64,000 nt of DNA, taken from contig MU053652.1 in assembly GCA_013239625.1 (NCBI GenBank), positions 5,323,902 to 5,387,901 of the forward strand, read 5' to 3'. The translations under genes were made by a program, and so were the position numbers. Below the pieces are notes generated by a model. It was not told the origin of the DNA and did no database searches. It worked only from the letters and a program-made list of their open reading frames with translations. Source of the stretch: Lama guanicoe. Lineage: Eukaryota. How positions within the stretch are numbered: position 1 is the first letter of the stretch; the number at the start of each line of letters is the position of its first letter. Shown here piece by piece: positions 12,461 through 24,515 of this stretch.

Positions 12461-13419
12461 ACTAGGAGGGTCGAGGAGGCAAAAATGGGTGATGAATAAT
12501 TAGAGGCCATGAGGGAAAAATGGGAAAAGTACTTCCTGTTTGTTTTTGCCCCCTTCCCCCCAGTTCCTTTCCCAGGCCTCAAAGTGGTTATTTACCCCTT
12601 TCTCTCCCAGGTGTTAGGTCTCCTTCCTCCCCATCCTCCACTACAAGCAGCAGAATGTTCACTGTGTGAGGCTGACCTGGCCCCACACAAGGAGAGAGAT
12701 GGCAGTTCTGTTCCCCATGGAGATAAAATGGAGACTGTGCTGATGGAAATAGAGAACAGAAGAATTCATGTCTTCTGCCACCTGAGGGTGTCCCCACCTG
12801 ACAGGCACCTCTGGTTCTGGGAAGCAAATATCCTTGGGGGTCCCTGGCCCTGATGGCACATGGGAGGGGCTCTGTGAGCCTGATCCATCCCTGTGGACAA
12901 CCTCCCAGTTAACCATCTGTTTGGAGAATGAAGACTCTTGGGGCGAAACTGCCTGTGTCCCTGCTCCCCATGGGAGGGGTGGACTAGCAGCGTCTGTCCC
13001 TGCCCCTGGCTGGCCTTACTCTGGGCCCTCAGGGGATTCACGCTGCTCTCTGTTCCGCTGATAAGAACAGGTCCTCTTGGCAGTTTTCTGAAGTTTCCTT
13101 CCCAGCCATGTGGCTTTATTCCTTATCCATTTCCTGTTCCTCTTCTTGCGCTGTACAAACCAAGGTACCATTTGTTACAGGACAAGATGCCACTCCTCAT
13201 ACCACTGTAAGAGTTATTTTATTTGTTTTGTAGACATTTGTAAACAGTGCAGATTGGATCGCCCTGAGTGACCCATGTCTGCGCCTGTGACTTTCTCCCC
13301 GTGCTCATGGGTTCTGGGGGTCTAGGTCGTGGGGTACGCATGGATCTTGAGTCTGAAACCGCAGAGCCACTGTAAAAGCTAGCATCCCGACTATCACAGC
13401 CAGGAGAATTAATCAGGAG

Positions 13420-13702
13420 AAGTGGAGGGAGACGTGCTGACTAAATGTAATAAGGTATTCAGGGTGGGCTTTGGGGACAGAAAAAGGACACGAAGTAAAA
13501 ATTAAGGAAAAACGAATAACATATGAACTTTAGTTAATAATAACAACTCAATATTGGTTCATTGATTTTGACAGATGTGCCAAACTAATGCAAGGTGTTC
13601 ATTACAGGGAAGATTGGGTGTGGAGTATATAGGAACACTCTGTATTGTCTTGGAAAATTTTCTGTAAATCTAAAATTATTCTAAAGTTAGAGCTTTATTA
13701 AA
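13420..13702 (+). mobile_element. Old L1 (L1MC/ME-like) 3' end
   Basis: ggaacactctgtattgtcttggaaaattttctgtaaatctaaaattattctaaa terminus. Confidence 0.75.
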
Positions 13703-14418
13703 TCCTCCAAATATATGCTGTCCCCGCCCCCAAGAGAGCATTCAGCTCTGATCTGGCCAGGCCATTTTAAAAAAAGTGTCATCCAATATGCCCACCTGAT
13801 AACAGGCAGTTATCCGATACCACTTATCATCAGTGCAGCCTGGAAAAGTTCCATTTAACGGTCTATACAAGACAGAGTTTTCAAGTCCTGCGTAAGTGGA
13901 CAGGGAGATGCGAGCATTAAAGCAGAAGAACACATTCCCATCTTAGGTTGAGTGAGGTCTTCCGGCACAATGAGTGATAATGAGTGAGCCTGTGGTAACC
14001 CTGGGCCATGTCCCCATGGCTGTTAGGGAAGGACCAACGCGTGAAGATAGCATCTCATGGAGCTGAGGTAAGTTTTGCATCAGGGCAGAGCTAAAGGTCA
14101 GGATCTGAATGTGCAGCCAGCCTTTGGGTCTGAGAATGAGCAGGGGCTGGACAGACCACACAGCTGAGTCCATCGGGCGGGGACTCAGGGCCTCTGCTTG
14201 TGTGCACAGCGGGCCAGCACACTTCTCATGACAGACGGTTAAGGCAGACAGCCTGGCCAGACAAGACCCCTCTGGAACCGCTGCCCATCCCTCCAGGGGG
14301 CATGGTTGAGGAAAAAGGGGGATTGAAGAGGTGGAGGGAAGGGAGAGAAATGACTCGGCAGCTTGTCCCGCTCTTCAGGCTGTGACTGGTTTTCCTAGGG
14401 AGGTGCTCACACACTCAG

Positions 14419-14840
14419 TGTAATGGGCTGAACAGTGCTCCCCAGATTCACGGCGACCTGGAACGCAGAATGTTTGGAACTAGTGTCTCCGCAGCTGTAA
14501 TTCATAAAGATGAGGTCATACGAGGTCATGAGGATTTGAGGGGGTCTTAATCCAGTGACTGTTGTCCTTATAAGAAGATGAGAGGACACCAGAGACACAG
14601 GGAAGAAAGCCACAGAGGTCGGAGATCGGGGTGATGCAGCAACAGCCCCAGGAACACCAGGACTGCCGTGCAGACGGCAGGAAGAGACGCGGGGGTTCTT
14701 CCCTGCAGCCTTTGGAGGGAGCACGGCCCTGCCAGCACCTTGATTTTGGACTTGTAGCCTCCAGAATGATGAAGGAAAGAATTTCTGTTGTTTTAAGCCA
14801 CCTAGATTGTACCTTGTTATGGCAGCTTGAGGAGAATGCA
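14419..14840 (+). mobile_element. MaLR solo LTR (MLT1B-like)
   Basis: tgtaatgggctgaac...cttaatccagtgactgttgtccttataagaag...gcacggccctgccagcaccttgattttggactt...ttgttatggcagc. Confidence 0.88.
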
Positions 14841-15687
14841 TCTGGTGAGGGCAGTGATGGGAAGGTAGCCAGCTGTACATGTCCTTGGAGGGCCCGGGGC
14901 TCTGGGGATCCCTGGTCCTGGGAGATCTGAGGCCTGGAGCTGGAGCGTCCTGTTTGTAAGTCTGGACACAGTCCCCAAATTAATTAGTAATTAGCATAGG
15001 TGATAAAATGGTCCCCCTCTGCCTGCTCCTCCCTACAGCGAAGGCTTCCCCAGGTGGATTTTCCTTGCAAAATCCTTGTCCCATGATCCAAACGAGGTGT
15101 AGAATCCACAAACTTTACCCTGTGGTTATAGGGGATGTGCCCACTTGTCTTCTTCTCTAGGCGTTCCCTTTCCTGCACCTCCGAACAGAAGAGCCTCTCT
15201 TTTCAGATCCATGATCTGCTTGATCATTGTGGCCTCTGACACCATGAATCATGCCTTCCCGAAACTTCTCTCCTTGGGAACAATACCTCCTCTTCCTCTT
15301 GTGATTTCCTCTTTTTCTTACCTCTGTGACTTGTCTCTGCTTCCTCCACTTGCCAGAGAATGCTGCTGTTCACCCGAGTTCTGTATTTGATCTTCTCTTA
15401 TCACTCAAGCTCTCTTGGGTATCCATCCAGTTCCCTTACCACCACGCATGACTTCCGACTCTGTGTTCCGGCTGCGAGATCATCCTTGAGCTCCAGCTGC
15501 ATGTGATCAATGCAGGGTTTCCATCGGAAGTATGAGCACCTGGGACGCAGTGTGTTCTAAGCTCTGCATTGACTTCCCTCTTCTCTCAGCTGGAATCACA
15601 GACTCCCCTCTTTCAAAATGAAGAATTCATTAGAGTTTTTAATTAAGATAAAAAAGACAGATATTGAGCAGTTTGGGAGGAAATAAA

Positions 15688-15689
<2 letters not shown>

Positions 15690-15722
<33 letters not shown>
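15690..15722. repeat. (CA)16 microsatellite
   Basis: Uninterrupted CA run. Confidence 0.97.
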
Positions 15723-15725
<3 letters not shown>

Positions 15726-16913
15726 TTATGATTGGTGGCAGTGTAGGAATTACCCAATTAATAGACTGTCAAAGCTTGTCTACACAAACTTTTCATACAA
15801 TACAAGGAGATTTTAAGACACAAAATATATATGTAAGGAATTTCCAGGTAAAAGTATAAATAAAGCATTTTACAGCTCCTTCCAGCAACTTTAGCCTCTC
15901 CCCATTCCAGTTCTCAGCCCTGACTTCAGAGCCACTAATCTTGGTCATCTTGTTTTGTCTTCAGGGCGGGCTGAGTGCTTTAAAGTCCCCTAAGTGGATG
16001 GAGAAGTAATCTTTTCCTATCTCCATCCTCCCCTGCAGCTAGGTTCTGCCTGCCCTTGCTCTCTGTAATGACGCCCTCCTGGCCTTGTTCTTCACACGCT
16101 CCAGCAGGCTGATGAGCCTAGAATCTCCTTTGTGGCCCTCCGTCCTGGTCCTACTCCTGGAGGCCGACACACTCCTCTCTCCACCCTCTTGCTGTTGACA
16201 TGAACAGCCTCGGGTCAGAGTCCAGGCCAGAAAAGAGGAGCTGAGAGGTGGAATGAGAACCCACATAATAAGATTTATTTCAAAATGTGGTATCAGATGA
16301 TCTAATTGCCGCACTGCATTGCTTACAGTGTTAAAGTCCTGACACTCGAGGCTCAGGGGAATGGACTGATGAAGCTATTTGGATGGATGGATGATACTGG
16401 CTATGTCCCCTGGCACACACTAATGCGCAGTTGGTTTTTGAGACATCCAGTAATGATTAGAAGTGTGCCCCGAAGCAGCTCTGGGCTCAGCTCTGGCAGT
16501 CATGTCTTAATTAGGTGGGTTTTGACTCATTATTTAGGTACCCATTTTTCCTTAACAGAGTGCTTAGTTGTTTTATGCAATTAGAAGGAGGAAGCTCACA
16601 AAAGTCATCACATTACAGAAGAGAAATGACAGAAAAGACCATTAACTCCATCCTACTGTACAAATCCCAGCAGTAATTAGGGGCTCACGTAAATAGCACA
16701 GTTTAAATTATTTAGTTGACAGTCTCTAATAACAACACCAGCACTTGGTTCTTCATAAAAGCAAAAGTGGTTAGTCTGCTGTACAACCTCATCATTGGAA
16801 AATGCATTTCCCATTACAACATTTGTGATTACTTCCTTGTAAAAGGGCAAATGAAAGACAGAATTTTCACACATCAAATTGTGTTGCAGCGTGAAAGCCA
16901 AAATAAGTGTCTC

Positions 16914-16929
16914 CTCCACTAGAGGGCTG
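16914..16929 (+). promoter_or_regulatory. Candidate CTCF binding motif
   Basis: ctCCACTAGAGGGCtg matches the CTCF core, at the edge of a repeat-free block. Confidence 0.5.
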
Positions 16930-17890
16930 GTGTCCACACTGTCTCGGGGAACCTTTTCCCTGGGCAGCAGGCAGTGTGGATGAAGTTGGGCAGAACCTAA
17001 TTTTCAGCAAGTTCTTATCTTTTCACTCTCAATGAATTCTAGGAATAAATGCTGCAGAAGCTAATTCTTTCAGGAGAGGAGTGGTTCTAGAAAGATGACT
17101 GAGGTTCATATGGGAGACTTGGGGGAATTTTAAAAATTCCATTTGGCAAACAATTTTAGTTAAACATTTATCGGGCTCCTTGGATGTATGAGGATGTGGG
17201 CCAGATGCTAGATACAAAGATACTGAGACAGTGCTTCTGGCCTCAAAGAGCTTCTTTCTAACCCTGGACCATCAGTCACTGATGTTTCCAGTTCTCCTGG
17301 GCACTTGGTCACCTGCTAGAAGGTAGGCATGGCCATGTCCCTTTCTTTGACTAACAGCAACTCTTGTGTGATTTCTTCACTTCCCTATCCCTCTCCAAAA
17401 AGTGACCAGGAGTTTGCTCATAAACTGCATCAAATCTAGCCCATCCTGACTATTATAGAGAGTTAGGCCTTCTACCACACCTGTTTGTGGACAGTCAATG
17501 AGATGACAGATGCAGATACAGTGGTTGACATGTAACAGTCCTTGGTAAAACCAAGGTATTTTTCTCCCTCCTTTTCCCTTAAAAAAACTCATGAAAAATG
17601 TGAATTCTTATTTCTCGAAAGAAAGCTGAATCCATGTGCCTTTTTTACTACAGTAATGTCTAGAAATGTTAACATAAGAAATGTCTTCATTTGGGAGTTG
17701 GGTGATGGCAGGTATGATTTTACAGTTACAGTATGTCATAGAGCTGGCTTATTGTCTCCCAATATTTATTCTCTTCTCTGTTAGTAATATTTGAGTGGGC
17801 ACATTGTGCCTCAAGCTAAAAGACATTTGCCAAGCTCCCTTGCAGTTATGAAAAACCATGTGACTACAGGACAAGTGATTTTTCAATCTT

Positions 17891-18026
17891 TTTATTTGTT
17901 TGTTTGCTTGTTTATGAGGAGGAGGTAATTAGGTTTATTTATATTTAAAGGAGGTACTGGGGATTGAACTCAGGACCTCATGCATGCTAAGTATGTGCTC
18001 TACCACTTGAGCTATACACTCCTCCC
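17891..18026 (-). mobile_element. tRNA-Ala-derived camelid-type SINE
   Basis: Reverse complement GGGAGGAGTGTATAGCTCAAGTGGTAGAGCACATACTTAGCATGCATGAGGTCCTGAGTTCAATCCCCAGTACCTCC...AAACCTAATTACCTCC plus A-rich tail; TSD tgatttttcaatctt (17876-17890) / tgatttctcagtctt (18027-18041). Confidence 0.92.
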
Positions 18027-18289
18027 TGATTTCTCAGTCTTGTGAGATCATTTTCTGACAGGCTTTGATTTTTTTTTTCAGAGCAGTCCATATGGTGGTG
18101 GAAGGAAGAAGAATTTATCTGTCAGCTGCCATCTCACCCCATGGGGCATTCATTTCCTCACATATCTGGGAGCGGAGGAGGTCTGCCTCGAAAGGGAGAC
18201 CCTAGGAAAAACCTGCAAGTTGGACGTGAGGGATGTGGGGTGTGGGCACAAAGGGAGGTGCTGTTGGATTGTGGCCACTGGGTCACTAC

Positions 18290-19050
18290 CCTGCATAAAA
18301 CTCTGTTATGCTCTGCCCTGTAATTAGCATCAAATCCAGTGATGTACATGATCTGGTTCCTGCTCATCTCTCTGACCTTATCTTATACCGCTCACTTCCT
18401 CCAGCACTGGCTTTCTTTCTGTCCCAAGTTTTGAAGGCTTTGCACTTGCTGACCCCTGTGCCTAGACTGCTCTTCACCCTGATCCATGCTGGCTAGTTCC
18501 TCTAAAGAGTCCACTCAATCTAGTGTAGCCCATGCAATTTCTGCCCTATCACCCCACTTCTAATTTTATTTTTGGGCATGTATTTTCTCTCCTTGGTCCC
18601 CATTAGAGTGTGAGCTCCAGGAGAGCAGGGACCTTGTCATTCTTGTCCACTCTTGGTTTTTTTTTTTTATTTTTTAAACATTTTTTAATTGAGTTACAGT
18701 CATTTTACAATGCTGTGTCAAATTCCAGTGTAGAGCACAATTTTTCAGTTATATATGAAAATACATACATTCATTGTCACATTCTCTTTAGCTGTGAGCC
18801 ACCACAAGTTCCTATACATATTTCCTTGTGCTACACAGTACAATCTTGTTTATCTATTCTACATTTTGACTGCTACACCTGCTTTTTTGGCTTTTCCGTT
18901 TGCATGGAATATCCTTTTCCATCCTTTCACTCTCAATCTATATGTGTCCTTCTCCCTAAAGTGGGTCTCTTGTATTTCACTCTTGTATTTACTGCACCTG
19001 GAATAGTGCTTGGTGCAAAGTAGGCACTCATTAAATATTTTTTGAATTAC
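18290..19050 (+). mobile_element. L2 LINE 3' end, split by an L1 insertion
   Basis: tagagtgtgagctccaggagagcagggacc before the insert and gcacctggaatagtgcttggtgcaaagtaggcactcattaaatatt after it. Confidence 0.8.
18656..18977 (-). mobile_element. Young L1 chimera: ORF2 endonuclease fragment joined to 3' UTR and poly(A)
   Basis: About 18868-18975 encodes QETHFREKDTYRLRVKGWKRIFHANGKAKKAGVA (L1 EN domain); about 18656-18867 is an L1 3' end; flanked by cactcttg repeats (18648-18655, 18978-18985). Confidence 0.88.
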
Positions 19051-19499
19051 TGCTTGGATGGTGATATTTGTAATGGAGATATTTATGATGAAACCAGACT
19101 TCTTAATAAGTACAAAATTCCTAAGAGGTATATCTGTCAATGTATAAATGGCATCCTGTTTCCCTCTTTGACTGAAGAAAAAGGTAGAGGCTATTTCTAG
19201 AGGACTAACAGCTTGGGTTCAGTGGCCAGATAGGTAAAGTAGGCTTTCCCATGGAGGATTCAAATTTGGGATCTACTGGTGCAGCTAACTGCCGGAAACT
19301 TCATGGCTAGTTTCCTATTGACCACATTCATTCATATGCGTAGCGTGGAGATGACCAGAACCTCTAGTAGGCAAAGACAAAACCTTCCAAGCCCCATCCT
19401 GTGCCAGTGGACCTATTCTGTTATGTAGAAAGGATACAACATAAGGGACTTATTTGAGAACCATTACATCACTATGGTCTGCAATCTCCGGAGGAATAC

Positions 19500-19710
19500 T
19501 CTCATCAGTCTTTGATGTTACTTCTGGGGTGGTCCTTGGAAATCATCTAGTTTAGCCTTCTCATTTTATAGATGAGAAAAGTAAGGTAAGGAAGGAAAAG
19601 GTAAAAGTAAGCAGAGAAAGTGACTAGCCCAAGGTCATTCTGTTAGAGGAAGAGCCAGAACCAAAATTCAGATCTCTGAACAAAGAGTTGAGACTTTTAC
19701 AATGTACCAC
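19500..19710 (-). mobile_element. MIR3/MIR-like SINE fragment
   Basis: ccttggaaatcatctagtttagccttctcattttatagatgagaaaa...gtgactagcccaaggtca. Confidence 0.7.
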
Positions 19711-20399
19711 GACAAGTTTCCTTTATTCCCCTACCCCCCTAAAAAAAATAGATAAATAAATAACCCAAAGGATTTTTCTTAAACAGCGGATTACCACGGG
19801 TCTCTGAAACTTGGCAGTGGTAACGAGAAGGTACTGATCTTCCTTTCTTATTTTGCCTGGAATATTTTTGACTCACCATCAGACAAACATTTACCAGCAA
19901 GGAAAGTAATTGTGTTTCATCTAGGGCTCCAGTGAGACCTACATAAAAAGTCACAGGAAACATTTCCATTCCGACTAGGTAACAGGCTATTGAAATTCAC
20001 TGGAAACAGATCACCGTGAATGTGTTTTCTCACAGTGGCACAGTTTCCTCTAAGGAATCAGGAGACATGATTATCTTTCCCTTTTCCTTTACAGGTTTAG
20101 ATTTGAAGAATTTCAGTTTATTCAGCTCTCAAAAAACCAATTTTCTTTGGACCATGTTACTGTACTTAAAATTTAGGACCATCCAGAGAAGACTCCAATT
20201 AATTTGGAATATTTGGGAGAAAACTGAGTGTTCTCCTTTCCTGAAAGCAATGAGTCTGTAATCCCTTTCCTGCAAGTGTTCACCGTTTACTTCTTTCCCT
20301 GTCTTCCTGGCTTCAGAGGTGGGAGGTGTGGTCACATTTCCAATTTGCAGTTTGTCCACATTTGTTTTCTCTAGATAATTCTCAGGATGATTATGAGGA

Positions 20400-22450
20400 T
20401 TTAGTTGTGCGGGGGTGCACACCTACGTGTAATTTGAACAACTTAACCCTGTGCATTTCTAGCTGAGCGTAGAACCAAGAAGTTCAGGACCGGAGCTTTA
20501 GAGTTGGAGACCCTTGGTAAGCGTGCCCTTTCTAAACATTATATGGGATGTGATAAGAGCAATATGATGCCCTTTCGTTTGCCGGGTGGGTTTTGGGAAC
20601 AGGAGGACTTTGCGTTCATCCCTCCCCGAGCAAAAGACAACTGAAACAACCGGCTGGAATCGCCCCGCGTTCCTCCCTCGTGCAAATCACTTTCATATTT
20701 GTTGCAGCTGGCCCTGCTCGGTCCCTGAAGAGGCAATTGCACAACTTGCTGCACACGTCCTGTAGCCCTACCTTTGTGCAGCCGATCTCTCCTCGGTAAA
20801 ATGTTCTCAGCGCACAAAAGCAGCGGCTGAAGGGAACCGCTTCGGGCAGAGACGGAGGAGGCAGCTGGCCGGCTGCAGCACCGCTGCACCATCTCCCGTG
20901 GAAACGGACGCTGCTAACCCTGCCTAGGAAACTAATGGAGCGTCCCTAAGAAACCCAAACTCCAGCTTGGCTCACCCCAGCTTTCTCCCCAACCTCCAGA
21001 CCCCCAGGTGAGACTAAATCCCACCAACCAACCCTGTGGCGTCAGCCCCAATCAGCCTGCCTGTAGAAGGCAGGCTTGCAGCATGCTTCTCATCCCGGAA
21101 TTCAACCTGAATCTTAGCATGTTTTGTTTTGTGAAAAGAAATGCTGTCACCCCCGGTTTCCTTTGTTTTCCAGCGATTTCTTGTCTTATGGTAACTTAAA
21201 ACATTTCCTCTGGGGATGGGGTGAAAACAATCGGGTATAAATGTTTACAGCGCAAAGTCCTTTGGCTTATTTAGCGTGCGAGACTTGAGAGATGCCTGCT
21301 AACTCCCCAGGTTACCCACACGAGGCTTCCCACTGACTCCCGAGAATTGTGGCCGAAAGCCAAGGACACAAATGTGATGCTGCACGTTGCGGGCGTCCGC
21401 GTCAGCATTTATATTTAAATATATTTCCCTCTAAGAAGTTTTAATTGGAGATTTCGCCTCGAGGGGCTCCAGTAAATCAGAGGAGCCAAACCGAGTTATT
21501 TCGCTTCGTCCCCAAGCTTTATTTCGGGCCTGTCTTTCCCCTGCGGTTCTTGCCCCGAAGCGATCTGTAAAGCGAACCCACTCTGATACAGTTTGAAAAG
21601 TCCATTTTGTACTTGGCTCTTTCTTTGATCGAATTAATCTGGGCTTTTTTTGTAGTTCTAAATGAGGCCTATGGGCTGACAATGTAGCTGTTTAAAGGGG
21701 ATTTCAGGGGATAATAGCCAATGCAAATAGTGCCATGAGAATGGCAACTTGCTTTTGCACTTTCAATCACATAATAACTGCAAAGAAAGCTTTTAAAATG
21801 AATTGAAATTTTGTGGCATGCCATCTGGGATTATTTGGGGAAACAGTTCTGAATACTGCAGTTGGGCCAATGAATGGTGGTACGGTCTGCTCTTAAGCTG
21901 ACATGTTTCAGACGGCAACCTTATGCTAACTGGTGCAAAGTTGGCTAGCATTTTTTTTTAAATTTTATTATTTTCTTTCTCTCGGATTATCTGCAAAAAT
22001 TCTCTTTGATTGCTGGTATTTGGGCCTGAAAAACTTTTCTATTGTTGAAGAGTTCAATTCAACCCCTTGCAGCTGCTGATCCCCTCATTGTTCCCCTCGT
22101 TATGTGTACGCGTCTCAGATGAATGTAGCCAAGCCTTTTAGTGCCTTAATAGGTGTCTACATAAAGGTCATTTATTCTGCCGTGCTTGTTTTAACAAAAG
22201 TTTATACACAAACAACAACTGCAGCTAAAACATTCACATTAATCAATTTCCTCCTGATTGCAGAATGCAAAAACTGCCTCGAGCCGGAGCCCGGGCATGA
22301 AAAATGTTTTTCTGTGTATGACGTTGTAAAGCAGAAAATAGTTTAAGCAATTTCATCAAGGGCAAAAGCAGGGCAAAGCATAAATGTGGCAACAGAGTTT
22401 CTAACTGAGATCTGCCGTTCTGGTGTTTTCTGTGTCTATGGAGCACTGTC
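20400..22450. promoter_or_regulatory. CpG-enriched, repeat-free putative promoter/enhancer region
   Basis: Visibly higher CpG density than the flanks (especially 20570-20945 and 21270-21580); no recognisable repeats; TATAAA plus TGTTTAC at 21236-21248; octamer ATGCAAAT at 21721-21728. Confidence 0.55.
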
Positions 22451-23397
22451 GGGTTACTCTGAGGGCAGAGAGGCTCTTAGGATGGGGTGAGTGGAGGGTT
22501 TAGCTCCTCCCCCTGATCTTCACCCTGGTTTGGGAGCTGTTCTCTGTGAACTTCTGGCAGGTGTCAGCTCTCACCTCTGCAGGGAAGGCTGTGTAGGTGA
22601 TCATTAGAATCTGGAGAAAATTGCATAAAAGGTATCTAGAATTTGAATCGAAAATAAATCATTTCCTTGCAGGTGTTAAGTTCCCCCTTTTATACAAAAG
22701 AAAAGGTGACCCCAGCCATCCCTTGCAAACTCCACGGAAGGCAGCTTTTAGGATGAAGTAAATGATGAAAATAATAGCCACCGATTGTAAACGTTGGTGA
22801 AGATGCTGATATGCTAATAACTAAACTACTTGACATGGGGACAGACAAGCAAAGGTTTCTAAGGGATCTTGGTGCTGTTCTTTGGTGCCTTGAGAGGACT
22901 GCCCAGCATAGTGGACGTCATCTGGGAAGTACAGAGCTCTGGCCACGTGGGGGAGGGAGCAAGAAGTCCCACCCACCCTGCCTTCCTGAGCAAACTCCGA
23001 AGAGTTTGCCCGTGGGTAATTCAGAGACGTGGCCACATTCCTCAGCCCACCTCAGGAGGGTACCTGGTGTCTGTTCATGGAGCTGTCTTCACCCAGATCC
23101 TTCAGGAAGTAAAAAGAATCACACTATATTGTGTCTGTAGGTTGTTCTCCTTTGCTGTATCAATTTGCCTGCTCACCAATCTTTCAAGCTCAAGATTTAC
23201 ACTTGAAAAGTTAAGGATTCAAGTCCTCAGATACTTTGGAGGTTTTGTGAAGGTGTGACTTGGTCTCTGGGTGTGTGTGGCTCCACCACTTCCCCCAACC
23301 TCATCTGAGGGTCTCTTCACTTCCCTTTCTACATCTCCTGGTGCCAAGGACCTTCCCAGTGGAGCCAGTGGATTCTCTCAGCCCTGTGGGTTAGTTA

Positions 23398-23540
23398 GGT
23401 GCTTCTCACACTTTAAAGAGCATGTGAATGACCTGAGATGTTGTTAAAAAAGCATATTCTGATTCTGTTGTTTGGGGATGGGGCCCAGAAATCTGCATTT
23501 CTAACAAGCTCCCTGGTGATGCTGATGCTGCCAGGTGCTA
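23398..23540. mobile_element. MER5-type hAT-Charlie MITE fragment
   Basis: attctgattctgttgtttggggatggggcccagaaatctgcatttctaacaagctccctggtgatgctgatgctg. Confidence 0.8.
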
Positions 23541-23639
23541 TAACTTACCTGGAGATGGGATCCACTTCTCACTGTCCCAGAGCCAAAATATCTATCTGTG
23601 AAATGATAGGAATGAAAATGGCCATTGATGCAATCACGG

Positions 23640-24515
23640 ATTTTTTTTGTTTTGTTTTCATTTTTTTTTCATTAAAGGTTATAAGATATTGAACATAGTT
23701 CCCTGTGCTATACAGAAGAAATGTTTTTTTAAATTTATTTTTATACATAGTGGTTAACATTTGTAAATCTCAAACTCCCAAATTTATCCCTTCCCACCCC
23801 TTTTCCCTGGAACCATAAGATTATTTAGTATGTCTGCAAGTATGTTTCTATTTCGTAGATGAGTTCATAGTGTCCTTTTTTTTTTAGATTCCACATATGA
23901 GTGATATCATATAGTATTTTTCTTTCTCTTTCTGTTACTTCACTTAGAATGACAATGTGTAAGTCCATCCATGTTGCTGCAAATGGCATTATTTTATTCT
24001 TTTTTATGGCTGAGTAGTATTCCATTGTATAATATACCACAACTTCTTTATCCAGTCATCTGTTGATGAACATTTAGGTTGCTTCCATAAAGAACATTTA
24101 CTTCCATATCTTGGCTATTGTAAATGGTGTTGCTATGAACATTGGGGTGCATGTATATTTTCAAATTAGAGTTCCCTCCAGATATATACCCAGAAGTAGG
24201 ATTGCTAGATCATATGTAAAGTTCATTTTTAGTTTTTTGAGGAATCTCCATACTGTTTTCCATAATGACTGCACCAAACTACATTCCCACCAACAGTGTA
24301 GGAGGGTTCCCTTTTCTCCACACCCTCTCCAGCATTTATCGTTTATGGACTTTTGAATGATGGCCATTCTGACTGGTGTGAGGTGATACTTCATTGTGGT
24401 TTTGATTTTCATTTCTCTGATAATTAGGGATATTGAGTATTTTTTTCATGTGCCTATTGACCATTTGTATGTCTTCACTGGAGAATTGCTGGTTTATATC
24501 CTCTGCCCATTTTTG
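23640..24515 (-). mobile_element. Young 5'-truncated L1 (ORF2 C-terminus plus 3' UTR)
   Basis: ORFs give [58 protein letters not shown] (CCHC domain) and YTMEYYSAIKKNKIMPFAATWMDL; T-rich tail at about 23641-23669. Confidence 0.95.

Noticed and set aside
14407..14930. 157-aa and 99-aa overlapping ORFs
   Set aside because: Both coincide with an MLT1B-like LTR and show no recognisable protein similarity.
20539..20892. 117-aa minus-strand ORF (MVQRCCSRPAASS...) in the CpG-rich region
   Set aside because: No recognisable domain, and ORFs of this length are expected in GC-rich DNA. It cannot be supported without homology or ribosome-profiling data.
23825..24412. L1 ORF2-like peptides as functional CDS
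   Set aside because: 5'-truncated, fragmented retrotransposon remnant, annotated as a mobile element.
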